This document shows, one piece after another, positions 1 to 9,725 of a stretch of 64,000 nucleotides of DNA; the first letter of the stretch is position 1, and each line of letters starts with the position of its first letter. The notes under the pieces were generated by a model. That model was not told where the DNA came from. It saw nothing but the letters and a program-made list of their open reading frames with translations, and did no database searches. Both the position numbers and the translations under genes were made by a program. This DNA is from Candidatus Thermofontivivens primus (lineage in GTDB: Bacteria; Sysuimicrobiota; Sysuimicrobiia; Sysuimicrobiales; Thermofontiviventaceae), in contig JAVKJW010000001.1 of the NCBI GenBank assembly GCA_031458695.1, forward strand, positions 64,001 to 128,000. The letters are read 5' to 3'.

Positions 1-36
1 CACGAGGATCCCCAAGACAAATCTCATCCAATCCAC
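1..36 (-). CDS. nuoL: NADH-quinone oxidoreductase subunit L, N-terminal fragment (runs off the window edge)
   Basis: GTG start just downstream of the nuoK stop, reading MDWMRFVLGILV (hydrophobic). Assigned from canonical nuo gene order only. Confidence 0.6.
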   Translation of the reverse strand, partial: MDWMRFVLGILV

Positions 37-37
37 C

Positions 38-337
38 CTACCCTTTCAGCAAGTTGATGTCGTCAATGTCGACCGTTGCCCTCGACCGAACAATCTCCAC
101 GATCATTGCAAGGCCCACCACAACCTCTGCGGCTGCCACAACGAACACGAAGAAGACGGCGATTTGCCCAGCAAGATCGTCCATGTGGCGGGACAGGGCA
201 ACGAAGCTCAGGTTCACTGCGTTCAGCATGAGCTCAATGGACATGAACAGGATGAGGGCGTTCCGCCGTACCAGGACACCAAAGAGCCCAAGGGTAAACA
301 ATGCTGCGCTGAGGAGGAGATACCAGGATGTGCTCAT
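38..337 (-). CDS. nuoK: NADH-quinone oxidoreductase subunit K
   Basis: 99 aa, 3 TM helices, [20 protein letters not shown] and [10 protein letters not shown] motifs. Confidence 0.97.
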   Translation of the reverse strand: MSTSWYLLLSAALFTLGLFGVLVRRNALILFMSIELMLNAVNLSFVALSRHMDDLAGQIAVFFVFVVAAAEVVVGLAMIVEIVRSRATVDIDDINLLKG

Positions 338-906
338 GCCTTCCCCTCCCGGGTACCCGCTGGGATGAGCGGCCGTTCTTCACGGGGAGGTCTTGGCAAC
401 GTCTCGGCTCCCCGGGGAACAGGCTTCCCAAGGACCACAGCGGCCACAATAGCGACAAGAAGGATGACCGATGCAAGCTCAAAGGGCAGCAAGTAGGTGG
501 TGAAGAGAGCCCGGCCCACCTCCTGGACCGTGCCGAAGTTCTCCCCAGGGCTAGCGCGAGGGGAGGTGAGGCCGTGGATACTTGCATAGCTCAGGAAGAG
601 CACGAGGAGAGCCGAGAGCACAACTGCGAGTGGCCGTTGCCAGACGAGCTTTTCCCCTGTGTGAGCGAGGGGGTGGCCGTGGACAAGCATGATCACGAAT
701 AAGAAGAGGACGAGAATGGCCCCTGCATACAGGAAGATCTGGAGCACCGCCACAAATGGAGCAAGGAGTAGGAAGTAGAGGACGGCAAGACTCCACAAGA
801 CAGCAAGGAGGGCGATGGCGCTGTGCACGGGATTCCTAGAGGCGATCACCCCCACCCCTCCTGCCAGCGCAGCCACACTCAAGATACCGAAGAGTACCGG
901 TTCCAT
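334..906 (-). CDS. nuoJ: NADH-quinone oxidoreductase subunit J
   Basis: Start re-called at [31 protein letters not shown] and [13 protein letters not shown] motifs. Confidence 0.95.
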   Translation of the reverse strand: MEPVLFGILSVAALAGGVGVIASRNPVHSAIALLAVLWSLAVLYFLLLAPFVAVLQIFLYAGAILVLFLFVIMLVHGHPLAHTGEKLVWQRPLAVVLSALLVLFLSYASIHGLTSPRASPGENFGTVQEVGRALFTTYLLPFELASVILLVAIVAAVVLGKPVPRGAETLPRPPREERPLIPAGTREGKA

Positions 907-907
907 T

Positions 908-942
908 GGGTAATGGTTCCTCGTTCTTGGTCCTTGATTGTT
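908..942. repeat. Degenerate 7-bp tandem micro-repeat in the nuoI-nuoJ spacer
   Basis: GGGTAAT GGTTCCT CGTTCTT GGTCCTT GATTGTT. Confidence 0.4.
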
Positions 943-964
943 CCGAAGACCCGAGAATTGATCA

Positions 965-1438
965 CTAAATCTCCCGACGAGGATCTCGCCCCGAGGCACC
1001 GGGGTATGGTTCGGTCAACATCTCCTTGGTATAGATCAGGGAGTCCCGTGTATACCCCGCCAGCTCGTACTCGTGACCCAGCACAATGGCGCCTGTTGGG
1101 CAGGCTTCCTCACAGAATCCGCAGAAGATGCAACGGAGCTCGTTGATCTGGAAGATCTCCGCGTACCGTTCACCCTTAGAGACCTGGTGGTCGGGAGTGT
1201 TCTCCGCAGCCTTCACATAGATCGCCTGTGAGGGGCAGACGATGACACATAGCTCACACCCGACGCACCGCTCCATCCCGTCGGCGTAAAGGGTCAGCCA
1301 GTGCCTTCCCTTGTAGCGAGCTGCCACGCGTGGTTTCTCCTCAGGATAGGCCACGGTGACCGGGCGGCGGAACAAGTAGCGGAAGGTCACCGCAAGCCCT
1401 TTGACCATGGCCAGCGCCTGAGTTGCGTACCGCGTCAT
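965..1438 (-). CDS. nuoI: NADH-quinone oxidoreductase subunit I
   Basis: Two 4Fe-4S motifs, CVGCELCVIVCP and CIFCGFCEEACP; YPEEK. Confidence 0.97.
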   Translation of the reverse strand: MTRYATQALAMVKGLAVTFRYLFRRPVTVAYPEEKPRVAARYKGRHWLTLYADGMERCVGCELCVIVCPSQAIYVKAAENTPDHQVSKGERYAEIFQINELRCIFCGFCEEACPTGAIVLGHEYELAGYTRDSLIYTKEMLTEPYPGASGRDPRREI

Positions 1439-1457
1439 CGCTCTATCTCCTTTGCCA

Positions 1458-2447
1458 TTACATCCCCTTAGGGAGCACCATCACCACCGCAGTCGCCAGG
1501 ACGTTCGCTACTCCCAACGGAACCAAGACCTTCCACCCGAGGGCCATGAGCTGGTCGTAGCGCACCCTGGGGAGGGTTGCACGGATCCAGATGAACACCG
1601 AAACGAACCCGAAGACCTTGAGAAGGAACCACAAAGGTGCAGGAAGCCATGGCCCGTGCCATCCTCCCCAGAACAGCGTTACGGCGAGGGCGCTCATGGT
1701 GACCACGTTGATGTACTCAGCCACGTAGTACATGGCGAACTTAAAGCCTCCATACTCGATGTGGTAGCCTGCAATGAGTTCGTGTTCAGCCTCGGGAAGG
1801 TCAAAGGGGGAACGGTTTGTCTCAGCCACCCCGGCGATGAAGAAAAGGAGGAAGGCCACGGGCTGCGTAACCACAAACCAGACACGTTCCTGCGCCTTCA
1901 CGATCTCCACAAGGCTCAGCGATCCTGCCTGAAGCACCACGGAGATCACTGCAAGGCCCAGGGCCAGCTCGTAGCTGATCAGCTGAGCCGTGCTCCTGAG
2001 GCTCCCCAGGAGGGCATACTTGTTGTTCGCCGACCATCCCCCCAGGACAATCCCGTAGACCCCCAGGGAGGAGATCGCCAGGACCAGAAGGATCCCCACG
2101 TTCACATCGGCAAGGTAAAGAGGCACCTCTCTCCCAAAGATCCGAACCTCGGGGCCGAACGGGATCACCGCGTAAACGAGCAAGGCGGTGACCATGGAGA
2201 GGCCAGGTGCCAACCAGTACACCAGAAGATCCGCCCCCCTGGGGACGAAGTCTTCCTTCACCAAGAGCTTGATCCCGTCTGCAAGAGGCTGGAGGAGACC
2301 AAAGGGGCCGACACGATTTGGGCCGATACGAACCTGGAATCGCCCAAGCATCCTTCGCTCCAGGAGCGTCATGTAGGCACACGCCGTGAGGAGCAAGAAA
2401 ACAAGGAAAGCGCTCTTGAGAGCCATGATGCCAATCTCTCCAGGCAT
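1458..2447 (-). CDS. nuoH: NADH-quinone oxidoreductase subunit H
   Basis: QVRIGPNRVGPFGLLQPLADGIKL, ETNRSPFDLPEAE, PRVRYDQLM. Confidence 0.98.
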   Translation of the reverse strand: MPGEIGIMALKSAFLVFLLLTACAYMTLLERRMLGRFQVRIGPNRVGPFGLLQPLADGIKLLVKEDFVPRGADLLVYWLAPGLSMVTALLVYAVIPFGPEVRIFGREVPLYLADVNVGILLVLAISSLGVYGIVLGGWSANNKYALLGSLRSTAQLISYELALGLAVISVVLQAGSLSLVEIVKAQERVWFVVTQPVAFLLFFIAGVAETNRSPFDLPEAEHELIAGYHIEYGGFKFAMYYVAEYINVVTMSALAVTLFWGGWHGPWLPAPLWFLLKVFGFVSVFIWIRATLPRVRYDQLMALGWKVLVPLGVANVLATAVVMVLPKGM

Positions 2448-2453
2448 AGCGAT

Positions 2454-4997
2454 CTACACCCGCTCCAGGGCTGTTACCCGGACGGCCGTGTAGGGCCGGT
2501 CGGGCATGACCAGCAGATTCACAGGCGCCTCCCCGAATCCCAGGGGAAGGAAAGCATGTCCTGGGGGAACAACCCCGCTCACCCTGGCTACGGCGAGGAG
2601 CTCTCTGCCTTCCCCAGAAACAGCCACGAGGTCGCCGTCACCGATCCCAAGGCGACCGGCATCTATAGGGTTCAGGGAGAGAGTAGCGGTCCCCGCCAAG
2701 GTGGCGATCCCAGTACACCGCCTGGTGACGTCCGTGTGATCAAACAGCACATCCCCGGTCACGAGGAGGAGACGATCCCCTTCTACCCTTCCGATCTTTT
2801 CAACAATCGCAGGCGCTAGAGTCCCACTAACCTCAGGTTGATCCCCCTCTTCCTCGGTGGGAGCCGAGAGGTGGAGAGGCTGAGAAGAAACAGAGATCCG
2901 CGATCCGACAGAAAACCCGGGAATGAGCTCTTGCATCTCCGCACACACTTCCTTCCATGATCCATACTCAAGGACCTGACCGAGGCGCAAAGCCAATTCG
3001 ACGAGAATTTCCCCCTCGCTGCGCGCCGTACCGGGACCCCTGCGAGCGGGAGAGATGTGTTGCACCAGACCCTCCAGATTGACCACCGTCCCTTCTTTCT
3101 CGGCGAAGGAGAGAGCTGGGAGCACGACATCAGCCTGGCTTGCGGTCTCGGTGAGGAAAAGGGATGTCACGACCAGGAACTGTACCCCCGCACGTGCCTC
3201 CTCCCACATCCTCCGCGAGAATACCTCTGTTGCGGGATCGGCGCAAGCTACGTACAGCACCTCCACCTCTCCCCGGCGACACGCCTCCAGCATCTCAAGG
3301 GCGGTGTAGCCGCGACTGGGGGGGATCTTTCCTCCCCACAGGCGTTCCACAGTCTCCCGGGCTTCCCTTGCCTGCAAGGGAGAGGGCCCAGGGAGATGGT
3401 CGGGGAGGAGACCAGCAATAGCGGCACCCCTGGCGTTCCCCCTTCCCCTCAGAATGTTCAAGGGAACCTCTAGCGAGGAACGGAGCTGCTCCAGAGCGTG
3501 CATGGCAACGAGACCGCCTGGACCGTCCAGGGTCATCCTCCCAATGAACAGGAGGGGACGCTTCGCTCCAGAGAGGATGCGAGCCGCGGTTATGATGGCG
3601 TCTGGATCCACGCCACTCAAGCGGGCGACCTCCTCTATGGAAGTCGTCCTCTCCCCGGCCCCTGAAGAGCCCTGGTGCGCACGGCACAGGCCGACGATTG
3701 CTGTCAGAACCGAGCCCTCTTGTCCCATCCTCGTCAAAAGACGCACGTGCGCGAACCTGGCGACCTCAGGCTCCTTTGGGCCGAGGAGGATCAGGGAGGC
3801 CCCGCGATCCACAGCTTTCTTCATGCGCAGCCAGAGGATGGGGTACTCCTCGGTGATATCTGAGCCCACAAGGAGGATCGCATCTGCTTCCTCCACTTCG
3901 CGCACCGCAACCTCCATCCCCCAGGGGACCCGAAGGCTCGCCCCCCATGGCGTGGCGTCGAGGCGATAGTCAATGTTGTTGGTTCCAACCACCTTCCGGA
4001 AGAACTTTTGGAGGAGATACCCCTCCTCGCTGGTCAGCTGCGAGGAGCCAAGGACGCCGACCTTCCTTGGATCCCGCACCTCTCGGAGCCTTTCGGCAAT
4101 GAGGTCCAGGGCCTCCTCCCAGCTCGCCTCCACAAAGGTGCTGTCCTTCCGGATCAGAGGTGCGGTCAGGCGGTCGGGGTGGTTGACAAACTCGTAGCCG
4201 AACCAACCCAGGTCACACAGCCAGATGTCATTGAGATCAGGGTTTTCCCTTGGCCGCACGCGCACGACTTCGTTGCTGCGGACATCCAGTTCGATGCTGC
4301 ATCCCAGGCCGCAGTGCATGCAGACACTTGGGACAGTCCGGTTGTCCCACGGTCGGGCCCGGAAGCGATAAGTACGGCTGGTGAGCGCACCTACGGGACA
4401 GATCATAATGGTATTTCCGATGAACTTGCTCGTACGCACCTTCTCAGGGACAGACTGGATCTGGGAGAGGAAACCCCGGTCGAATCCTTCCAGTGCGTCG
4501 TCCCCGGAGATGATTTCGCAGAAGCGCACGCAGCGCCAACAGAGGATGCATCGCTCCCGGTCCAGCATGAGCACGGGACTGAGGGGAATCGGTTTAGGGA
4601 AATCCCGCTTCTGCTCAACAAAGCGACTCCTACCCGGCCCATATCGAAAGGTGAAATCTTGGAGAGGACACTCCCCACCTTTGTCGCAAATGGGACAGTC
4701 GAGGGGATGGTTGATGAGGAGGAACTCTAAGATCCCTTCCCTAGCCTGCCTGACCTCTGGAGTCTCCGTGTGGACGACCATCCCTTCCTGCGCTTCTAAG
4801 GTGCACGCCGTCTGGAGCCGGGGCATCTTCTCCACCTGGACAAGGCACATGCGACAAGCCCCAAGTGGTGGCATCCGGTCATGGTAACAGAAGATGGGAA
4901 TTTCGATCCCAGCCTTCCGCGCCGCCAGGTAGACCGTCGTCCCTTTTGGCACCGTCACGATCTTTCCATCGATGGTCAGGGTGACCTCGGTCACCAA
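2454..4997 (-). CDS. nuoG: NADH-quinone oxidoreductase subunit G (includes the N7 cluster motif)
   Basis: IPIFCYH..GACRMC, HPLDCPICDKGGECPLQD, RCILCWRCVRFC, CMHCGLGC..C, followed by a molybdopterin-enzyme-like C-terminal domain. Confidence 0.96.
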   Translation of the reverse strand: MVTEVTLTIDGKIVTVPKGTTVYLAARKAGIEIPIFCYHDRMPPLGACRMCLVQVEKMPRLQTACTLEAQEGMVVHTETPEVRQAREGILEFLLINHPLDCPICDKGGECPLQDFTFRYGPGRSRFVEQKRDFPKPIPLSPVLMLDRERCILCWRCVRFCEIISGDDALEGFDRGFLSQIQSVPEKVRTSKFIGNTIMICPVGALTSRTYRFRARPWDNRTVPSVCMHCGLGCSIELDVRSNEVVRVRPRENPDLNDIWLCDLGWFGYEFVNHPDRLTAPLIRKDSTFVEASWEEALDLIAERLREVRDPRKVGVLGSSQLTSEEGYLLQKFFRKVVGTNNIDYRLDATPWGASLRVPWGMEVAVREVEEADAILLVGSDITEEYPILWLRMKKAVDRGASLILLGPKEPEVARFAHVRLLTRMGQEGSVLTAIVGLCRAHQGSSGAGERTTSIEEVARLSGVDPDAIITAARILSGAKRPLLFIGRMTLDGPGGLVAMHALEQLRSSLEVPLNILRGRGNARGAAIAGLLPDHLPGPSPLQAREARETVERLWGGKIPPSRGYTALEMLEACRRGEVEVLYVACADPATEVFSRRMWEEARAGVQFLVVTSLFLTETASQADVVLPALSFAEKEGTVVNLEGLVQHISPARRGPGTARSEGEILVELALRLGQVLEYGSWKEVCAEMQELIPGFSVGSRISVSSQPLHLSAPTEEEGDQPEVSGTLAPAIVEKIGRVEGDRLLLVTGDVLFDHTDVTRRCTGIATLAGTATLSLNPIDAGRLGIGDGDLVAVSGEGRELLAVARVSGVVPPGHAFLPLGFGEAPVNLLVMPDRPYTAVRVTALERV

Positions 4998-5043
4998 CCT
5001 TCCTCCCCTTTCCTCTCTCGCGTTCTCACCTTGTCACGTCGCG

Positions 5044-6303
5044 CTAGACTGGTTGTAGCACGTTGCAACGGCCCGTCCGAATGTGTGCCTCATATTCGTC
5101 GTGGAAGTAGAGCAGGGATGCTCTCAGGCTCGGGGGAACGCTCTCGCCGAGAGGGCAGAAGCACGTCCCCGTCATGTTCCTGGCGATGCTCTCCAGCAGA
5201 TCAAGATCCTCCCTGCGCCCGCGACCCTGGAGGATCCGGTCGAAGATCTGGGAAAGCCACACCGTCCCCTCCCGACAAGGGGTGCACTTCCCACAGGACT
5301 CATCCCGGTAGAACTCCACAGCCCGCGCGATCACCTTCACCATACACGTCGTCTCATCCATCACGATCACAGCGCCCGATCCTAGCATGGAGCCAACCCT
5401 GGCTAGGGATTCGTAATCCATGGGCACGTCCAGATGCTCCTCCACGAGGAGCATGGAAGAGGAGCCTCCCGGGAAGCAGGCCTTGAACCTGCGTCCCCCG
5501 CGGATCCCCCCAGCGTGGGAGAAGATGAGCTCCCGTAGCGGGATGCCGAGAGGAAGCTCATAGAGGCCGGGGCGGGCAACATGGCCACTCACCGAGAACA
5601 GCACCGGTGGACCCTGCTCTTTGTACCACTCTGGCCCATGGCGGACGATCTGGGTCACGTGGCAGAGGGTTTCCACATTGTTCAGCGCAGTGGGTTGAGA
5701 GTACAACCCCATCACTGCAGGGAAATAAGGGGGCTTGAGACGGGGCATGGCCCTCTTTCCTTCCAGGGATTCCAGAAGCGCCGTCTCCTCTCCGGCGATG
5801 TAGGCACCTGCCCCTGTATGGAGGACGACGTCTAGGGAGAAGTCGCTCCCAAAGATGTTTCGCCCCAAAAACCCTCTCTCGGTAGCTTGTGCAATCGCCC
5901 TTTGGAGCTGGCGTCGGGCACCGTAGAACTCCCCCCGAAGGTAGATGAACGCCTTGTGGGCCCCGATGGCATAGGATGCCAAGATGATCCCCTCAAGAAG
6001 CTGGTGTGGATCACGCTCCATGAGCGTTCTGTCCTTGAAGGTCCCTGGTTCCCCCTCATCGGCATTGACTACCACATACTTCACAGGGGCATGTTTCGGC
6101 ACGAACCGCCACTTACGTCCTGTGGGAAACCCTGCCCCGCCTCGGCCCCGCAGCCCCGCCTGATCTACCATCTCGATGATCTGCTCAGGGGTAAGCTCCC
6201 GAAGCGCCCTCCGGGCGGCTTCGTATCCACCGCGGCGGATGTACGTCGTAATATCCGCCTGATCGGGCTCATGAATGTATCGCGTCAACAACTTCTCCGG
6301 CAT
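5044..6303 (-). CDS. nuoF: NADH-quinone oxidoreductase subunit F
   Basis: GLRGRGGAGFPTG, NADEGEPGTFKDR, GAGAYIAGEETAL, ESCGKCTPCREG. Confidence 0.98.
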   Translation of the reverse strand: MPEKLLTRYIHEPDQADITTYIRRGGYEAARRALRELTPEQIIEMVDQAGLRGRGGAGFPTGRKWRFVPKHAPVKYVVVNADEGEPGTFKDRTLMERDPHQLLEGIILASYAIGAHKAFIYLRGEFYGARRQLQRAIAQATERGFLGRNIFGSDFSLDVVLHTGAGAYIAGEETALLESLEGKRAMPRLKPPYFPAVMGLYSQPTALNNVETLCHVTQIVRHGPEWYKEQGPPVLFSVSGHVARPGLYELPLGIPLRELIFSHAGGIRGGRRFKACFPGGSSSMLLVEEHLDVPMDYESLARVGSMLGSGAVIVMDETTCMVKVIARAVEFYRDESCGKCTPCREGTVWLSQIFDRILQGRGRREDLDLLESIARNMTGTCFCPLGESVPPSLRASLLYFHDEYEAHIRTGRCNVLQPV

Positions 6304-6312
6304 CTTCGCCTC

Positions 6313-6386
6313 AGTTAAAAGTTACAGGTTATCAGGTTTGCAGGTTATTGGATTATAAGGTTGCAACCTGCCAACTTGCCAACTTC
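6313..6386. repeat. AT-rich ~8-bp tandem micro-repeat with inverted copies in the nuoE-nuoF spacer
   Basis: AGGTTATC AGGTTTGC AGGTTATT GGATTATA AGGTTGC followed by inverted AACCTGCC AACTTGCC AACTT. Confidence 0.7.
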
Positions 6387-6884
6387 TCACCCTGATCCTT
6401 CCTCTCGATACTTGCCAAGTATCTCATCCACCTTCTGCGGTGTGAGGTTCCCATAGACCTCCTCGTCTACAAGCATCATTGGGGCAATATCGCAGGCAGC
6501 CAGGCACTCCGCCTTTTTCACGGTAAACAAGCCATCCCTCGTCGTCTCCCCTGGCTGGATCCCCAGGCGCCTACACAAATGGGCGAGGATCTCCTCGGCA
6601 CCGTTGAGCATACACGAAAGGTTCGTGCAAAAATGGATCACGTGCCTTCCCACGGGCCTCCTGTGGAAAAGGGTATAGAACGATGCCACGGAGGCAACCT
6701 CGCTGAGGGGAAGATCGAAGAGTTCGGCCACCTCCTCCAGGGCCTCTTCGCTGAGATACCCTTCCTCTCCCTGAGCCACGAACAGGGCAGGAAGGAGCGC
6801 CGATCGCGCCTGAGGATACAGCCCTTGGAGGCGGCGGATCTCTTCTCTGGCCTTCTCAGATAGCCTCCTCTCCCTATCCATCAT
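6387..6884 (-). CDS. nuoE: NADH-quinone oxidoreductase subunit E
   Basis: 2Fe-2S ligands CTNLSC and CLAAC; VASFYTLF. Confidence 0.97.
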   Translation of the reverse strand: MMDRERRLSEKAREEIRRLQGLYPQARSALLPALFVAQGEEGYLSEEALEEVAELFDLPLSEVASVASFYTLFHRRPVGRHVIHFCTNLSCMLNGAEEILAHLCRRLGIQPGETTRDGLFTVKKAECLAACDIAPMMLVDEEVYGNLTPQKVDEILGKYREEGSG

Positions 6885-6924
6885 GCACCCACTGCCCTAC
6901 GCGCATTCCTCACATGTTGTTCCC

Positions 6925-8100
6925 CTACCGGTCCACATCTCCCAGGACGATGTCCAGGCTGGCGATGGCCACGATTACATCGCTCAGGAGGCTCCCAATC
7001 ACCATCCGCGGCAGGGCTTGCAGGTTATAGAATGACGGGGCCCGCACCCGCACTCGCACAGGGCGGTTGCTCCCATCGCTGACAATGTAGTACCCCTTCT
7101 CCCCCCTTGGTGACTCCACGGCGACGTAGACCTCCCCCTTCGGGGGATGGATCCCTTCGCTTACCAGCTTGAAGTGGTGGATCACCGCCTCCATGCTCCG
7201 GACTAGCTCATGGCGCGGGGGAAGAGCGACCTTCCGGTCGTTTGTGAGGACAGGGCCGTCGGGTAATCTGTCAAGGGCCTGGAGGACGATGCGCCGGCTC
7301 TCTTTCATCTCTGCCATGCGCACGAGGTAGCGGTCGTAGGCATCCCCGTTCTTACCCACGGGAACGTCAAAAGCGAAGTCCTCGTAACTACTGTAGGGGA
7401 AGGCCTTCCGCACGTCATAGGGGATCCCTGAACCCCGGAGTACAGGCCCCGTGCAGCCGTAGCTCAGCGCGTCCTCCTTGGGGAGCACGGCGACTCCCTC
7501 GTAGCGCTGGCGCCAGATGAGGTTATCGTTGAGGAGGGTCTCGTACTCCTCGATGCGTCGAGGGAAGTCGTCCAGGAAGGCCCGGGTCCGCTCGACGAAC
7601 CCATCAGGGAGGTCCCACTGGAGACCTCCAATCCGGAAGTACCCAGGCATCATGCGTTGCCCTGAGACCATTTCAAACAGGTCTAGGATCTCCTCGCGAT
7701 CACGGAAGCAGTACATATAGACGCTACTCACATTCAGTTCCAAGGCGCTCGTACCCAACCAAACCAGGTGGCTGGCGATACGGTTCAGCTCGCACAGGAT
7801 CACCCGGATATACTGGGCCCGCTTGGGGACGTCGATCCCCAAGAGCTTCTCCACCGCAAGCACGTAGGCGAGCTCCTCGTGGAAGGCGGCGAGGTACTCG
7901 ATGCGGTCCACGAGGTTGATGTTCTGGTGGTAGGTTCGGTACTCCATCTCCTTCTCGATCCCCGTGTGCAAGTACCCAATCACCGGCGTGCACCCCACCA
8001 CCGTCTCCCCGGCGACTTCGAGGATCACCCGCAGGACCCCGTGCGTGCTCGGATGCTGGGGCCCCATATTAAGGGTGAGCGTTTCCCTAGCGGCCTCCAT
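6925..8100 (-). CDS. nuoD: NADH-quinone oxidoreductase subunit D
   Basis: LNMGPQHPSTHGVLR, GYLHTGIEK, C-terminal DIVLGDVDR; TGATG overlap with nuoC. Confidence 0.98.
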   Translation of the reverse strand: MEAARETLTLNMGPQHPSTHGVLRVILEVAGETVVGCTPVIGYLHTGIEKEMEYRTYHQNINLVDRIEYLAAFHEELAYVLAVEKLLGIDVPKRAQYIRVILCELNRIASHLVWLGTSALELNVSSVYMYCFRDREEILDLFEMVSGQRMMPGYFRIGGLQWDLPDGFVERTRAFLDDFPRRIEEYETLLNDNLIWRQRYEGVAVLPKEDALSYGCTGPVLRGSGIPYDVRKAFPYSSYEDFAFDVPVGKNGDAYDRYLVRMAEMKESRRIVLQALDRLPDGPVLTNDRKVALPPRHELVRSMEAVIHHFKLVSEGIHPPKGEVYVAVESPRGEKGYYIVSDGSNRPVRVRVRAPSFYNLQALPRMVIGSLLSDVIVAIASLDIVLGDVDR

Positions 8101-8675
8101 CAACGAGCTCCCTCGTCTCTTCCATCAAAGCTCCCAAAGGGGTTTGCGGAGATGCCCTCTGCCTTTCCCTTCGGAACAATCTTCGCCGGGGGCTTGGGTT
8201 CGACCCCGCGAAATTCCACAGGCTCATCTGAGAGAGGGTAATCTTTGCGGAGAGGATGCCCCTCCCAGTCGTCAGGCAGGAGGATCCGGCGGAGGTCCGG
8301 GTGACCGGAGAACCGGATGCCATAGAGATCATAGACCTCCCTTTCCGCCCAGTTCGCAGAGGGCCAGATCACCGCTACTGAGGGAACCACAGGGTCTAAC
8401 CCGGGAACCTGGACCTTCAAGCGCAGGCGGTCTGGTGGGAAGAGGCAGGTAAGGTGGTACACCACCTCAAACCTGGGCTCGGCAGGGAACCTGTCCACCG
8501 CAGTGAGATCCGTGAGCATCCATGGCCCTCCGGCCTCCTTGGCGATGGACAGTGCCTCGAGAATCGCCTCCCGCGCAACGACGAGAGTCATCTCTCCACG
8601 GGAGGAGGACTCCTCCACAATCCCCCAAGGAAGGCGCTCTTGGATCATGCTGAGAAGGCTGTGAGACCGACCCAC
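8100..8675 (-). CDS. nuoC: NADH-quinone oxidoreductase subunit C
   Basis: ANWAEREVYDLYGIRFSGHPDLRRIL..GHPLRKDYP. Confidence 0.97.
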   Translation of the reverse strand: MGRSHSLLSMIQERLPWGIVEESSSRGEMTLVVAREAILEALSIAKEAGGPWMLTDLTAVDRFPAEPRFEVVYHLTCLFPPDRLRLKVQVPGLDPVVPSVAVIWPSANWAEREVYDLYGIRFSGHPDLRRILLPDDWEGHPLRKDYPLSDEPVEFRGVEPKPPAKIVPKGKAEGISANPFGSFDGRDEGAR

Positions 8676-8726
8676 GCGTTCTCCTCGCTTGCGTACCGAA
8701 AAACCTGTTTGACTCTTGCCTGGGAC

Positions 8727-9257
8727 CTACTTCCCTTCTCTCCCGTTGGTAGCCCGATCCCCACAGGAGCGACCGATCTTCTCCTGGAGCTTCATCAGCC
8801 CGTACAGCAAAGCCTCTGGCCGAGGTGGGCACCCGGCGACGTAGACGTCCACTGGGACGATGCGATCGACACCCTGCACCACGGCGTAGTTATTGTACAG
8901 CCCGCCACAGGAAGCGCAGTCCCCCATCGCAATGACCCACTTAGGTTCCAGCATCTGGTCATAGATATGCCGGAGGACAGGAGCCATCTTCTGGCTCACC
9001 CGGCCCGCGACGATCATCAGGTCGGACTGACGGGGCGAAGCACGCATGACCTCCATCCCAAACCTAGCCATGTCGAACCGTGAGGCCGCCGTGGCCATCA
9101 TCTCAATGGCACAACAGGCAAGCCCAAACTGGACTGGCCAGATGGAGCTACGTCGCGCCCACGCCAGCATGCGCTCCACGGTCGTAGTGAGGACGTTCCG
9201 CTCGAGGTCCTTGGAGAGCTCGTCAAGGTCCAAACCGTTACCGGTGCTCACTCCCAT
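8727..9257 (-). CDS. nuoB: NADH-quinone oxidoreductase subunit B
   Basis: Start re-called at [37 protein letters not shown]. Confidence 0.97.
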   Translation of the reverse strand: MGVSTGNGLDLDELSKDLERNVLTTTVERMLAWARRSSIWPVQFGLACCAIEMMATAASRFDMARFGMEVMRASPRQSDLMIVAGRVSQKMAPVLRHIYDQMLEPKWVIAMGDCASCGGLYNNYAVVQGVDRIVPVDVYVAGCPPRPEALLYGLMKLQEKIGRSCGDRATNGREGK

Positions 9258-9610
9258 TCCAATGCCCTCCTCTGCCAGGCGTACCAGAACCCAATGAGGA
9301 GCACGCCGAGGAAGATCGCCATCTCCACAAGGCCCGGGATCCCCAGGACACGGTAGAGCACCGCCCAGGGGTAAAGGAAGACAATCTCCACATCGAATAG
9401 GAGAAAGAGCATGGCGATGACGTAATAGCGGACGGGAACCCGCTCCCGCGCAGTGCCAATGGGCCAGACCCCGCTCTCGTAAGGAAGGACCTTCTCGGGG
9501 TTCGGCCGCCGCCCGCCAACCAGGGCATGCAATGCGAGGAGAAGCCCTGTGAGGGCAACAACAAGCAGGAAGTGGATTCCAATGGGGAGATAGCCCTCCA
9601 AACCATTCAC
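9248..9610 (-). CDS. nuoA: NADH-quinone oxidoreductase subunit A
   Basis: GTG start. [32 protein letters not shown]. Confidence 0.96.
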   Translation of the reverse strand: MNGLEGYLPIGIHFLLVVALTGLLLALHALVGGRRPNPEKVLPYESGVWPIGTARERVPVRYYVIAMLFLLFDVEIVFLYPWAVLYRVLGIPGLVEMAIFLGVLLIGFWYAWQRRALEWE

Positions 9611-9653
9611 CGGCCTTCCCGGTTCTTCCGATACCGTGCGTGCAATCAAAACT

Positions 9654-9682
9654 ATCTTGGCAGAGAGGATGGAGGATGTCAA
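9654..9682 (-). promoter_or_regulatory. Putative sigma70 promoter of the nuo operon
   Basis: TTGACA-17 bp-CAAGAT with TG extension, upstream of nuoA. Confidence 0.6.
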
Positions 9683-9725
9683 GGCAAGGCGCAGGCTCTG
9701 GCCGTTCTGGGGGGATCACAGGTGC

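Noticed and set aside
1452..2819. 455-aa plus-strand ORF opposite nuoH/nuoG, and similar long antisense ORFs at 16877-17902, 26352-27395, 41104-42189, 49510-50796, 52340-53341 and 55715-56842
   Set aside because: All lie opposite conserved genes and show the composition typical of antisense frames.
2454..4997. Long NuoG as a formate dehydrogenase or other molybdoenzyme
   Set aside because: It sits at the canonical nuoG position and I saw no Mo-ligand Cys/Sec motif. The molybdopterin-like fold is normal for NuoG.
6313..6386. Micro-repeats as a CRISPR array
   Set aside because: The period is about 8 bp with no unique spacers, and there are no cas genes.
9635..9650. FNR/CRP- or Rex-like site downstream of the nuo promoter (TTTGA-N6-GCACG)
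   Set aside because: Only one half-site matches, which is too weak to call.
8727..9719. Apparent 330-aa NuoB with a long N-terminal extension
   Set aside because: The extension is an alternative frame over nuoA; the likely start is the ATG at 9257. The same artefact affects the track calls for nuoJ, the PHP phosphatase, nosD, cblS, cblT and cbiB.
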